Part shown: one piece after another, positions 17,995 to 27,900 of the stretch
How the letters are laid out: each line of letters begins with the position of its first letter
Position numbering within the stretch: the stretch's first letter is position 1
Assembly (NCBI GenBank): GCA_033763255.1
Contig: JANRKX010000024.1
Coordinates: 12,835-76,834 of the forward strand
From: Acidobacteriota bacterium
GTDB lineage: Bacteria; Acidobacteriota; Blastocatellia; RBC074
DNA: 64,000 nucleotides
Direction of reading: 5' to 3'
Notes under the pieces: generated by a model
Seen by the model: the letters and a program-made list of their open reading frames with translations, nothing else
What the model was told of the DNA's origin: nothing
Database searches by the model: none
Translations under genes and position numbers: made by a program

Positions 17995-19482
17995 ATGACA
18001 GCTTTGCTCGAAGCCAGCAATCTGACCAAATCGTACACCGGAGTTCAGGCGTTGAAATCGGCGTCGTTCGAATTGCGCGCCGGGGAAGTTCACGCGCTTG
18101 TCGGCGAAAACGGCGCGGGCAAATCCACGCTGATAAAAATCATTACTGGAGCCGTCCAAGCCGACAGCGGCGAACTGCGGCTGGACGGCCAATCAATCCG
18201 CGACAACTCTCCGCAACTGGCGAAGTCGCTGGGCATCGCGGCGATTTACCAACAGCCTGCGCTGTTTCCAGAATTGACCGTCGCTGAAAACATCGCGCTC
18301 GGCGTTGAGCAAACTTCCGGTTGGCAGCCGATCAATTGGAAAGCCAGACACGCTCGCGCGGCGGAGTTGCTTCGACAAGTCGGCGCGAAAATTTCGACTG
18401 AAGCTTTGGCTGGCGAATTGACGATGCCGGAACAACAGTTGGTTGAAATCGCCCGCGCGCTGGGAGCTAATGCCCGCGTGCTGATTATGGATGAACCGAC
18501 GGCTTCGCTGTCCGCGGAAGACACGCAAAACCTGTTTCGCGTCATCGGCGAGTTGCGCCAGCGCGGAGTCAGCATCATTTACATTTCTCACCGGCTGGAA
18601 GAATTGCCGCTCATCGCCGACCGGGTCACAGTGCTGCGCGATAGCGTGACGATTGAAACCCGGCAAATGGCCGACGTAGATCGGCAGGAATTGATTCGGT
18701 TGATGGTTGGGCGCGAACTGTCTGCCGTCTTTCCCAAACGCGAAGTCGCGCTGGGCGATGTTGCGCTGGAAGTCCGCAATCTGTCTTGCCAAGCGGCGGG
18801 CATCAGTGACATCAACTTTTCGCTTCGCGCCGGAGAAATTCTGGGCGTTGCCGGATTGGTCGGAGCCGGACGAACGGAACTGGCTCGGACGTTGTTTGGT
18901 TTGACGCCAGCAGACAGCGGCGAAATTCGTTTGCGCGGCGAAGCGGTTAAGATCACGTCTCCGGCGCAAGCGGCGGAACTCGGCATCGCTTACGTTCCCG
19001 AAGACAGGCGGCGGCACGGAGTGATTTTGGATTTGCCGATTGCCGCCAACACGACATTGGCTTCGTTGCGGCAATTGGCGAAGTTCGGCTTTTTGGATTT
19101 CGCCGCTGAACGCGAGCTTGCCGCCGATTACGCCACTCGGTTGGGAGTCAAAACGCCTGCGCTGTTTGCCGCAGCCGGAACTCTGTCAGGAGGCAACCAG
19201 CAAAAAGTCGCGCTTAGTCGTTGGCTGGCGACAAAGCCATCGGTGTTGATTCTGGATGAACCGACGCAAGGAATTGACGTTGGGGCGAAATCAGAGATTC
19301 ATTCGTTGATGGGCGAACTGGCTGAACAAGGCTTGGCGATTTTGATGATCTCTTCAGAACTTCCCGAAATTCTGGGAATGAGCGACCGCATCGCCGTGAT
19401 GCATGCGGGACGAATTGTGGCGACGTTTGATCGCGCCGAGGCTTCGCAGCAAAAGATTCTGGCGGCGGCGCTGGGACATTGA
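17995..19482 (+). CDS. sugar-type ABC transporter ATP-binding protein with two NBDs (RbsA/MglA-like)
   Basis: The first NBD has GENGAGKSTL, MPEQQLVEIARAL and LIMDEPT. The second NBD has LSGGNQQKVALSRWL and LILDEPTQGIDVGA. No permease or binding-protein gene is adjacent. Confidence 0.9.
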   Translation: MTALLEASNLTKSYTGVQALKSASFELRAGEVHALVGENGAGKSTLIKIITGAVQADSGELRLDGQSIRDNSPQLAKSLGIAAIYQQPALFPELTVAENIALGVEQTSGWQPINWKARHARAAELLRQVGAKISTEALAGELTMPEQQLVEIARALGANARVLIMDEPTASLSAEDTQNLFRVIGELRQRGVSIIYISHRLEELPLIADRVTVLRDSVTIETRQMADVDRQELIRLMVGRELSAVFPKREVALGDVALEVRNLSCQAAGISDINFSLRAGEILGVAGLVGAGRTELARTLFGLTPADSGEIRLRGEAVKITSPAQAAELGIAYVPEDRRRHGVILDLPIAANTTLASLRQLAKFGFLDFAAERELAADYATRLGVKTPALFAAAGTLSGGNQQKVALSRWLATKPSVLILDEPTQGIDVGAKSEIHSLMGELAEQGLAILMISSELPEILGMSDRIAVMHAGRIVATFDRAEASQQKILAAALGH

Positions 19483-19502
19483 CATCGAGAAACCAGAAAA
19501 GA

Positions 19503-19602
19503 AATTAGCCATTGACCATTCGCCATCAACCATTATCCGACAGGTAGAGATGCTTTTTACCCTGCCTAATAATGGTCAATGCGTAATGGTCAATGGCTAA
19601 TT
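19503..19602. repeat. 34-nt-arm inverted repeat built from CCATTGAC-type units, between convergent genes
   Basis: The left arm aattagccattgaccattcgccatcaaccattat (19503-19536) pairs with the right arm ataatggtcaatgcgtaatggtcaatggctaatt (19569-19602). The reverse complement of the right arm differs at only a few positions. The loop is 32 nt. Confidence 0.88.
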
Positions 19603-19627
19603 TTGGCCGCGTAAATCAGCGCCATTA

Positions 19628-20836
19628 TTACCGCGCAGAGAATTTATAGATTGTCGTCGTTTGATACTTCTCGCCGGGTTTCAGCACCGTCGAAGGGAAG
19701 TTCGGCTTGTTCGGCGAATCCGGGTAATGCTGCGTTTCCAGACAGAACGCGCCGCGACGCGGATACGTTTTGCCGCCTTTGCCGATGATCGTGCCGTCCA
19801 GGAAGTTCGCGGTGTACAACTGCACGCCGGGTTGATCGGTGAACACTTCCATTACGCGCCCAGTCGTTGGTTCGTAGACTTCAACGGCTTGAACTGTCAA
19901 TTTGCTGCGGGCGTCCAAGCCGTCTGTGTTCAACACAAAGTTGTGATCGTATCCGTTGCCAATGACGATCTGTTCGTGCGGATCGCCAATGCGCGCGCCA
20001 ATGGCCGTCAGCTTGGAAAAGTCGAACGGCGTTCCCGCCACGTCAGCCAGCTTGCCAGTCGGAATCATGGTCTTGTCCACAGGAGTCGTCTGCTTGGCGT
20101 TGATCTTCATTTGATGGCCGAGAATGTCGCCGTTGCCCGCTCCGGCCAGATTGAAATAGGAATGGTTGGTCAGGTTGACGACAGTTTCTTTGTCGGTAGT
20201 CGCCGAATATTCGATCTTCAATTCATCCCATTCGGTCAGCGTGTAAGTCACCGTCGCTTCCAGATTGCCTGGATAATTTTCTTCGCCGTCTTTGCTCAGG
20301 TACGTCATGCGAACGGCGATTCCTTCTTTGCTGCTGGCGTCCGAAGCTTTCCAGAGTTGTTTGTAAAAACCGTTTGGCCCGCCGTGCAGATGGTTGGGGC
20401 CGTTGTTTTTGGCCAGCGTGATTGTCTTGCCGCCAAGCTTGAATTCGCCTTTGCCGATGCGGTTGGCATAACGACCGGCGAGCGAACCCATGTGCGGATT
20501 CTTGGCCAGATAGCCATCAATGCTGTCATAACCCAACGCCACGTCGTCCAGTTTTCCGCTGCGATCCGGGACTTTGATCGAAGTCACGGTTGCGCCGTAG
20601 TTGGTGATTTTGACCTCAACGCCGTTTTTGTTCGTCAGCGTGTACGAGTCAACTTCTGTGCCGTCAGGCAATTTGCCAAAACTCTCTTTTTTCAATTTCG
20701 GTTCTGCTCCTTTTGCTGCCGTTTGCGATTTCTGGGCGTCGGTGTTGCCCACTTCCGATGTTTGCTGTCCGCATCCGCTCAAGCTGATGCCGAGCGCAAT
20801 CAGCGACAACAGAGTCCAAGCTCTTTTGAATTGCAT
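19628..20836 (-). CDS. galM: aldose 1-epimerase (galactose mutarotase) with lipoprotein signal peptide
   Basis: NGPNHLHGG, NLTNHSYFNL and FCLETQHYPDSPN. The N-terminus is LIALGISLSGCGQ (lipobox). Confidence 0.9.
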   Translation of the reverse strand: MQFKRAWTLLSLIALGISLSGCGQQTSEVGNTDAQKSQTAAKGAEPKLKKESFGKLPDGTEVDSYTLTNKNGVEVKITNYGATVTSIKVPDRSGKLDDVALGYDSIDGYLAKNPHMGSLAGRYANRIGKGEFKLGGKTITLAKNNGPNHLHGGPNGFYKQLWKASDASSKEGIAVRMTYLSKDGEENYPGNLEATVTYTLTEWDELKIEYSATTDKETVVNLTNHSYFNLAGAGNGDILGHQMKINAKQTTPVDKTMIPTGKLADVAGTPFDFSKLTAIGARIGDPHEQIVIGNGYDHNFVLNTDGLDARSKLTVQAVEVYEPTTGRVMEVFTDQPGVQLYTANFLDGTIIGKGGKTYPRRGAFCLETQHYPDSPNKPNFPSTVLKPGEKYQTTTIYKFSAR

Positions 20837-20925
20837 CCGTGAATCTCCTGTTTGGGTTGGAAGTGTAATGATCGTGCGGCGGGCATTGTACTTGGCGAAG
20901 CTTTAGACGGCTAGCCATTCGGCGA

Positions 20926-22335
20926 TCAGAACAATGACTTTTGTTCTATTCCTTTGCTGAGCATTTCGACGCGGCGAATGTAGGCTTTGACGTCAAACTT
21001 TCGTTCGCAGCCGCTGCGAGCCATAAACCGAACCATGCCGAAAATCGGTCGCTGAGGCGCCCACGGGCGATCATGCTTTCCGCCAATCGCCCAGGCGATG
21101 CCTGTGTATCCGTTCGGATCACGGCCATCAAGTTCATACCGGTCGTTCAGCCGAACGGCAATGTCGAAGGCTTCTTCGGGCGAAGGCGACCATTCCAGAA
21201 TTTTCTTCGCCCAATACATTCGCAAATACCCATGCATGCGTCCGGTCGTCACCATTTCCATCTGCGCGGCGTTCCACAGGTCGTCGTGCGTTTCGGCGTT
21301 TTCAAATTGCGATTCGGTGTACAAATACGGACGCGGATCGCGCCGATGATCGTCCAGCGTTTTCAGCGCCCAGGCGTGACACCCCGCCAAGCGGTCGTAA
21401 TTCGGATTGCGTGCGACAAAATTGATCGCTATTTCGCGGCGAACGATCAATTCTTCCAGATAAGCGTCTTTGGCTGGTTGCGGCGCGTCGGCTTCGCGTG
21501 CGGCCAGGGCAATGGTCAGCGGACTGATTTGACCGAAGTGCAAATAAGCCGACAGCGAACTCGTGCCCGGCAAATGCGGCTGATTGCGCGCGGTGTCGTA
21601 ACTTTTCAAACCCGAAGCGACGAATTTTTTCAGCAAATCCAATCCGGCGCTGGTTCCGCCTTTGAAATGGCTGACCGGCTGAACGCTGCGATCAAAGGGC
21701 AATTCGGCCAGCAATCGCGTCTCGTCAATCGGCTGGCTCGGCGGCAACTCAGCGGCCTTCCATTTGAATTTTGCCGAAGGATTTTCGAGCGGCTGAAAGA
21801 AAATCGGCAACAACCGATGAATCTTCGGGCGAATGGTGCGCGCGGCATATTCTTCTTTCTCGAAAAACTTTGTCGGCACAATCACGTCGGCGTCCACCGT
21901 CCAAAACGGCACGCCGAGTTTTTCCGTTGCCGCGCGCCGCCAGCCTTCGGGTTCGCGCATGGGATTTTCATCGCCAACAACCAGCGCCGGGTTTACTTCT
22001 TCGCAAAATCGAATCAGATCGTGATTGGGAAACGGACGAAAAACAAAAGCTGCGCCACGCTCTTCGACGCGGCGTTTGGTTTCGGCCAGCCCTTCAATCA
22101 GAAAGGCGTAATGCCGCAAATTCGCGTTCGGGTATTTCGGATGCAACCCGAAAAACACTGCCAGCGGTTTTTGCAATTCGTTGGCGGCGGTAATCGCCAC
22201 ATCCAGCGCCGGATTGTCCAGACCGCGTTGTGCGCGCTGCATCCAGTAAACGACACAGCGACCATCGAAGCTTGGCGAAGCTTGCCGACGAATGGTGACT
22301 CGCGGATCGGCTTGCAGTCTTTCGAGTTCGTTCAA
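20926..22335 (-). CDS. phr: deoxyribodipyrimidine photo-lyase (class II-like CPD photolyase)
   Basis: VVYWMQRAQRGLDNPALDVA, HGYLRMYWAKKILEW and DPNGYTGIAWAIGGKHDRPW. The TTG start overlaps the upstream stop (TTGA). Confidence 0.88.
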   Translation of the reverse strand: MNELERLQADPRVTIRRQASPSFDGRCVVYWMQRAQRGLDNPALDVAITAANELQKPLAVFFGLHPKYPNANLRHYAFLIEGLAETKRRVEERGAAFVFRPFPNHDLIRFCEEVNPALVVGDENPMREPEGWRRAATEKLGVPFWTVDADVIVPTKFFEKEEYAARTIRPKIHRLLPIFFQPLENPSAKFKWKAAELPPSQPIDETRLLAELPFDRSVQPVSHFKGGTSAGLDLLKKFVASGLKSYDTARNQPHLPGTSSLSAYLHFGQISPLTIALAAREADAPQPAKDAYLEELIVRREIAINFVARNPNYDRLAGCHAWALKTLDDHRRDPRPYLYTESQFENAETHDDLWNAAQMEMVTTGRMHGYLRMYWAKKILEWSPSPEEAFDIAVRLNDRYELDGRDPNGYTGIAWAIGGKHDRPWAPQRPIFGMVRFMARSGCERKFDVKAYIRRVEMLSKGIEQKSLF

Positions 22336-22808
22336 GAAACCTGCTCCTTCACTTCGCCGAGCAATTCAGCAGTCACTTGTTTCCGATAATCGAAGATCGT
22401 TTTCAGCGAACGACGCACAAACAACAAATGCGCCAGGCGTCCGAAAATCCCGAACGGCATTTCGTACAACACCTGATCGCGCATCAAAGTGCGGTTGGGA
22501 GCGACCTCTTCAAAAGTGTGAGTGTGATGCCAGAGCGCGTACGGCCCTTTTAACTGGCGATCAATAAAAAACTCTTCCGGTCGCCAGCTTTCGATCAGTG
22601 TGCGCCAGCGAAATTTGATGCCGTAAAGTTTCAATTCGTAATCAATAATTGCGCCATCAGCCATTTCAATCGGACGCGGAGTCGTGATGTGAAACTTCAG
22701 AAATGGCGGCGTCAGTCGTTCGAGATTAAAGGCATCGCAAAAAAATTTGAACGTTTCCGACCGCGACAATGGAATCAGTTGTTCCTGCTCCAGTGTGTAA
22801 ATGTGCAT
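22332..22808 (-). CDS. SRPBCC-family (cyclase/dehydrase-like) protein
   Basis: 158 aa with a START/Bet v1-like pattern. It sits between the TIGR01777-like gene and the photolyase with 4-nt spacing and overlap. The family call is tentative. Confidence 0.65.
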   Translation of the reverse strand: MHIYTLEQEQLIPLSRSETFKFFCDAFNLERLTPPFLKFHITTPRPIEMADGAIIDYELKLYGIKFRWRTLIESWRPEEFFIDRQLKGPYALWHHTHTFEEVAPNRTLMRDQVLYEMPFGIFGRLAHLLFVRRSLKTIFDYRKQVTAELLGEVKEQVS

Positions 22809-22812
22809 TGTG

Positions 22813-23718
22813 TCACCTCATCAAAGAATCAAGCGCCGGTTGCAACTGCGGATAACGAAACTTGTAGCCGCTTTCCAAAGTGGCTGTCGGATTAACTCGC
22901 TGGCTGTCCAACGCGGCATTGGCCATTTCTCCCATCAACACGCGAAGCGCCAATTCCGGCACGGGAAAGATCGTTGGACGATGAAGCGCCGATCCCAGAG
23001 CTTTGGTAAATTCGGCATTGGTGGCGGGGTTGGGCGCGACTCCGTTAATCGCACCGCTGATGTGTTCGCCGTAAAGGGCGTGACGAAGAATTCCCACCAT
23101 GTCGTCAATGTGAATCCATGGAAACCATTGGCGACCGCTGCCCAAAATGCCGCCGACTCCCAACTTAAACGGCAACAAAATCTTTTCCAGCATTCCGCCG
23201 TCGCCGAGCACAACTCCGATTCTGACCAGCACGACTCGCGTTCCTAATTCTTTGGCTTGTTCGGCCTCGTATTCCCAAGCAGTGCAAATGTCCGGGAAAA
23301 AACCTGTGCCGGGAGCAGAACGTTCATCCACTTGTTCGTCGCCGCGATTACCGTAAAACCCAACTGCTGAACTGCTGATAAACACTTTTGGCGGAACCGC
23401 CGCGGCCTTCATTCCTTTCACCAGATTTCTGGTTCCGACGACGCGCGAATCTCGAATGCGACGTTTTTGCTCATCCGTCCAGCGTTTGGCGGCAACCGGT
23501 TCTCCGGCCAAATGAATTACCGCTTCGACTCCTGTCCAGCATTCAGCGGGCGGAGCTTCGGCTTCGGAATTCCACCGAAAAGCTTTTGCGCCGGGCACGA
23601 CTTCGGCGGTTTCCGGTCGCCGTGACAACACGACAAGCTGATGCCCATCGTCTGCAAGTGCTTTACTCAGAACTTTTCCGATAAATCCTGTAGCTCCGGT
23701 CATCAGAATTTTCATCAC
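22813..23718 (-). CDS. NAD-dependent epimerase/dehydratase, TIGR01777 (YfcH-like, DUF1731 C-terminus)
   Basis: MKILMTGATGFIGKVL Rossmann motif, about 300 aa, with a C-terminal PATNAEFTKALGSALHRP...RVLMGEMA segment typical of YfcH. Confidence 0.85.
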   Translation of the reverse strand: MMKILMTGATGFIGKVLSKALADDGHQLVVLSRRPETAEVVPGAKAFRWNSEAEAPPAECWTGVEAVIHLAGEPVAAKRWTDEQKRRIRDSRVVGTRNLVKGMKAAAVPPKVFISSSAVGFYGNRGDEQVDERSAPGTGFFPDICTAWEYEAEQAKELGTRVVLVRIGVVLGDGGMLEKILLPFKLGVGGILGSGRQWFPWIHIDDMVGILRHALYGEHISGAINGVAPNPATNAEFTKALGSALHRPTIFPVPELALRVLMGEMANAALDSQRVNPTATLESGYKFRYPQLQPALDSLMR

Positions 23719-23850
23719 TTATTCTCCAGTTTCGTCATTACAATTTTTCCGATCGCGCATTAGAATACACCTTGACCACGTTAAGTCAACTAGATTTTGT
23801 TTAGGTTTTAGCTTGACAAAATCGAGACAAGGCGAGAGATTAGGTTCGTT

Positions 23851-24786
23851 ATGACAGATCAACCAATAGATTATTCGACAATTCCCAAATACAAAATCGG
23901 AGCGGTTAGCCGCCTGACAGGACTTTCCGTTGATGTGGTGCGCGTTTGGCAGCGGCGGTATCAGGCCGTCATTCCGCAAAGAAGCGAAGGTGGTTCGAGG
24001 CTTTATTCTGACTTAGACATCGCGCGATTGCGGAAATTGAGGCAGGCGGTCGAGCTTGGCCATTCGATCAGTCAGATTGCCGGTTTGCCGGATTCGGAAC
24101 TGGAAACGCTGGGCAGCAAACAAGCTGCAACCATCGGAGCATTTTCTCTGGCCGAACAGCCGCCGGATCAATACGCCATCTTGCGCGACCGATTTTTGTC
24201 GTCCATCGAACGTTTCGACGTTGTCGCTGCCGACGAAGAAATCAATCGAGCCGCGACGCTTTATCCGCCTCGATTGATCGTCAAACACGTGGTGATTCCG
24301 TTGCTGATTGAAATCGGCGAACGCTGGGCGCACAAAGATTTCGGCATAGCTCATGAACACGTCGCCACGAATCTGATTCGCAATTTGTTGAGTTCGCTGT
24401 TCCGACTGTACCCGCCCAATGAAGGAGCGGATTCCATCGTGTTGGCAACTCATACCGGAGAACGACACGAATTCGGCATTTTGATCGCCGCCTTGATTGC
24501 CGCCACGCGAGGTTGGCGTGTGATTTATCTGGGAATTGATTTGCCAGCCGCCGAAATCGTTCGCGCAGTGAAGCTGTCGAAATCGCGCTTGCTGTTGCTG
24601 AGCGCCATTCACCACCAAAACGGAGTTACGGCTCAGGAGTTGAATTTCGTTGGCGAACAGGTTCCGCACAATTGTCGTGTCTGGATTGCCGGAGCCGAAG
24701 CTTACAACCATCGTCCATTGATCGAACAATTCGATTGGATTCTGGTGCGTGATTTCGACGATTTGGACGACCGATTGAAACGGTGA
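23851..24786 (+). CDS. MerR-family transcriptional regulator with C-terminal cobalamin-binding domain (CarH/LitR-like)
   Basis: MerR HTH YKIGAVSRLTGLSVDVVRVWQRRY. The B12-binding signature is GERHEFGILIAALIAATRGWRVIYLG (E-x-H-x-x-G ... G-x-x-V-x-x-L-G). It is divergent from the photolyase operon. Confidence 0.8.
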   Translation: MTDQPIDYSTIPKYKIGAVSRLTGLSVDVVRVWQRRYQAVIPQRSEGGSRLYSDLDIARLRKLRQAVELGHSISQIAGLPDSELETLGSKQAATIGAFSLAEQPPDQYAILRDRFLSSIERFDVVAADEEINRAATLYPPRLIVKHVVIPLLIEIGERWAHKDFGIAHEHVATNLIRNLLSSLFRLYPPNEGADSIVLATHTGERHEFGILIAALIAATRGWRVIYLGIDLPAAEIVRAVKLSKSRLLLLSAIHHQNGVTAQELNFVGEQVPHNCRVWIAGAEAYNHRPLIEQFDWILVRDFDDLDDRLKR

Positions 24787-24957
24787 GCTTTGTTTGCCTC
24801 GCGTCGAATACTGACCTGAACGCTTCAACACATTCCCTCTTCTCAGCTAGAATCCAGCCGCCCGGACATTTGCGGCTGCGATCTGAAAAATCTCTTTCGC
24901 GCATTTTGGCAGGCTGACAAAGCCTGCCTCACATTACTTTCAGGAAAAGCATTCAAC

Positions 24958-27900
24958 ATGAAAAGAAAAACTCTGTACTTCGCCACCTTCGTCGTGATCG
25001 TTGGCATTTTTTCTCTGATTTTTACGGTTACGGCGCAACGCCAGCCAGAGTCAGTTTCTCAAGCTCAGACCCAGCGCCGCGTTCCGCAACGCCAGGAAGA
25101 TTTCGATATTCGCGCCGGATTGAATCGCTCGCTGCCGGTTTTGCCCGCCGAAGCCAAAGCCGCCGCAAACGAAGGTCGTCAACTCATCCCGGCGCGCAAT
25201 TCGCGGTTGCGCCGCGAACGTCCGAGCGTCGAAATGCAGTTCAGCAATCTGACCAACGCGCCCAGCCGCGTGTACAGCTTCACGCAAAACCTGACGCAAT
25301 CCACCGCCGATGTCGAAGCCGGAGCCAGGTTCTTCCTGAAACAAAACAACGATCTTTACCAATTGCGCGATGACGAAGTTGACGGTTTGCGAGTCGCGCG
25401 CCGTTACAAAACCGATCACAACGGCGTGACGCATTTGACCTTGCAACAAGAGGTCAACGGCATAGAAGTTTTTCAGGGCGATTACAGCTTTCACTTCGAC
25501 CGTTTCGGTTCGTTGATTACCGCCGGAGGCGAATTGATTCCAGCCGCTGTGCGTTCGGCAAATCCTGCTCGACCGCGTTTGACGCCGAATGCCGCGTTTC
25601 GCCGAGCCGCAGAGTTCGCCGATGTCGAATTGACCGGCGAAGCGACAACCAAAACTCCTGCTGCGGGCCGAGCCTTGAAACAGAAACTTTCGCTCACCGA
25701 GAAATTCGGGCGCGACATCGAAGCTCGACTTGTGTATTTCCCTGCGCTGGGCGATCAATTGCGGCTTGCTTGGGAGTTTGAATTGTGGCTGAACGAAACG
25801 CCGGACGTTTATCAAATGGTTGTGGATGCCGACAGCGGCACGTTGCTCTATCGCCGTAATCTGACGGCGTATTGTTTTGATGGCAACGGTACAGAACCGG
25901 GAGCGGTAGCGATCGGGTCTGCTCTTGATGGCGGCGGTACAGAACCGGGAGCGGTAGCGATCGGGTCTGCTCTTGATGGCGGCGGTACAGAACCGGGAGC
26001 GGTAGCGACCGGGTCTGATTTTGTTACTAATCACATTCACCAAAATGCTGCCCGGTCGCTACCGCTCCCGGTTCCGTACCAGACGCAGCCGAATCCGCGC
26101 GGACTGGTTTTTACCAAAGAAAGTCCGCGCCCGAATCTGCCGGTTGTCAGCAGCAATCCGCCAACGGTGCAGCGCGAAGAATTGCCGTTTCGCCCTGCGC
26201 CTTACAACGGCTCGACGATTTATCCAGCGAACGATCCGCGTAATGATTGGTGGAACGGTCAAACGCCCACGACGTTCACAGGCAACAATACGGACACCTA
26301 CCTCGACCGCGATTCCAACAACTCGCCGGATGACGTTCCGCGACTGACCGTGCCGGACAGTAATTTTTCGTTCCCGCTTGATCTGACGATGGCTCCAACG
26401 ACGCCCGACAACCAGAAAGCTGCGCTGGCCAACGTGTTTTATTGGGTCAATCGCTATCACGACATTTTGTATCTGTTCGGGTTTAACGAAGCCGCCGGAA
26501 ATTTCCAAACCAGTAATTTCAATGCAACCAGCGGATTGGGCAACGATCCGGTTCGCGCCGAAGTGCAGGACGGCAGCGGAACCAACAACGCCAATTTTTC
26601 GACTCCGGCGGATGGTTCACCCGGTCGCATGCAGATGTTTTTGTGGACTGGCAATCCGCAACGCGACGGCGATTTCGATCAAGGGGTCATCATTCATGAA
26701 TTGACGCACGGGCTGAGCCTTCGTCTGGTTCGTCCACTTTCCGGGTTCCAGCAAATGGGCGAAGGCTGGTCGGATTATTTCGGCATCGTTCTGCTGGCTT
26801 CGGAATCCGACAACCTGGATGGCAGTTACGCCGTCGGCCAGTTTGCCACTGGAAATTATTCGCGCGGCATTCGGCGATTTCCTTACAGCACGAATCCGTC
26901 TGTGTATCCGCTGAATTACGCCGACATCACCACCAGCATCGCTCCGCACGGAGTCGGCGAAATCTGGTGCAACACTTTGCTGGAAGCGCGCGCGCAATTG
27001 ATTCGCAAACTCGGTTTCACCGAAGGCCAGCGCCAAAGCATCCAATTGGTTGTGGACGGCATGAAGCTGTCTTCGCCGTCGCCTTCGTTTTTGGATTCGC
27101 GCAATTCGATTTTGCAGGCCGACCGCGTCAACAACGGCGGCGTCAACCAATGCGCTTTGTGGACTGCCTTTGCCAAACGCGGGATGGGATTTTCGGCTTC
27201 GACGTTGGACGCGCGCGACACGGTTCCGTCGCAAGCTTTCGACATGCCGCCGTTTTGCAGCGATCTGGGAATCGTTCAATTCGATCAGAAATCTTACCTG
27301 CTGGGCGAAACCGTTCGACTGGCTTTGGGTGATCGAAATTCGACCGGAACTCAAACCGTCAAAATTCGCAGTTCGGTCACGGGCGACGAAGAAATTCTGA
27401 CGATGACCGCCGATGCCAGATATTTGGGCGCGTACAACTCCAACTTGCGCGTAGTTGCCGGAGCGGCGATTCCGGGCGACGGTCAGTTACAAGCTTCGCT
27501 GTCGGCGCGCGACAAAATCATTGTCACTTACGAAGACGCCAACAACGGCAGCGGAACGTCGGCTCAAATCACGGCGCAATCTGAAATCGTCGGCGAAAAA
27601 ACTTTGTTCGATGATTCGGTTGAAACAGGCAATTTAGGATGGAGCGTGTCCGGCGTTCCAGCCAGCACCTGGGCGATTGCGGAAACCGCGTCGGCGTCTG
27701 GTTCGCGTTCGTGGACGGACAGTCCCAACGGAAGTTACGCCGCCGGAACAAACGCTTCGCTGGTGTCGCCTTTGATGGATTTGTCGCAAGCCGTCGGCGT
27801 CATGCTGACTTTCGCGCATCGGTATGCGTTCACGAACGGTTCCGATTACGGCAACGTGGAATTTTCGCTGAACGACGGCGCAACCTGGAATCGCGCAACG

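Noticed and set aside
20941-22389. A 482-aa plus-strand ORF opposite the photolyase gene. Similar long antisense ORFs are 19661..20842, 34618..35865, 48412..49527, 50282..51457, 24013..24831 and 60204..61196.
   Set aside because: Each is exactly antisense to a gene with strong family signatures (photolyase, GalM, CRTAC1, TPR, RadA, MerR-B12, and the 457-aa secreted protein). All are Arg-rich with no recognisable motifs, so I treat them as shadow ORFs.
25879-26022. The tandem 48-nt repeats considered as a CRISPR array.
   Set aside because: The copies are directly adjacent with no spacers. They lie in frame inside an intact long CDS, and there are no cas genes nearby. The structure is a tandem plus inverted repeat, not repeat-spacer.
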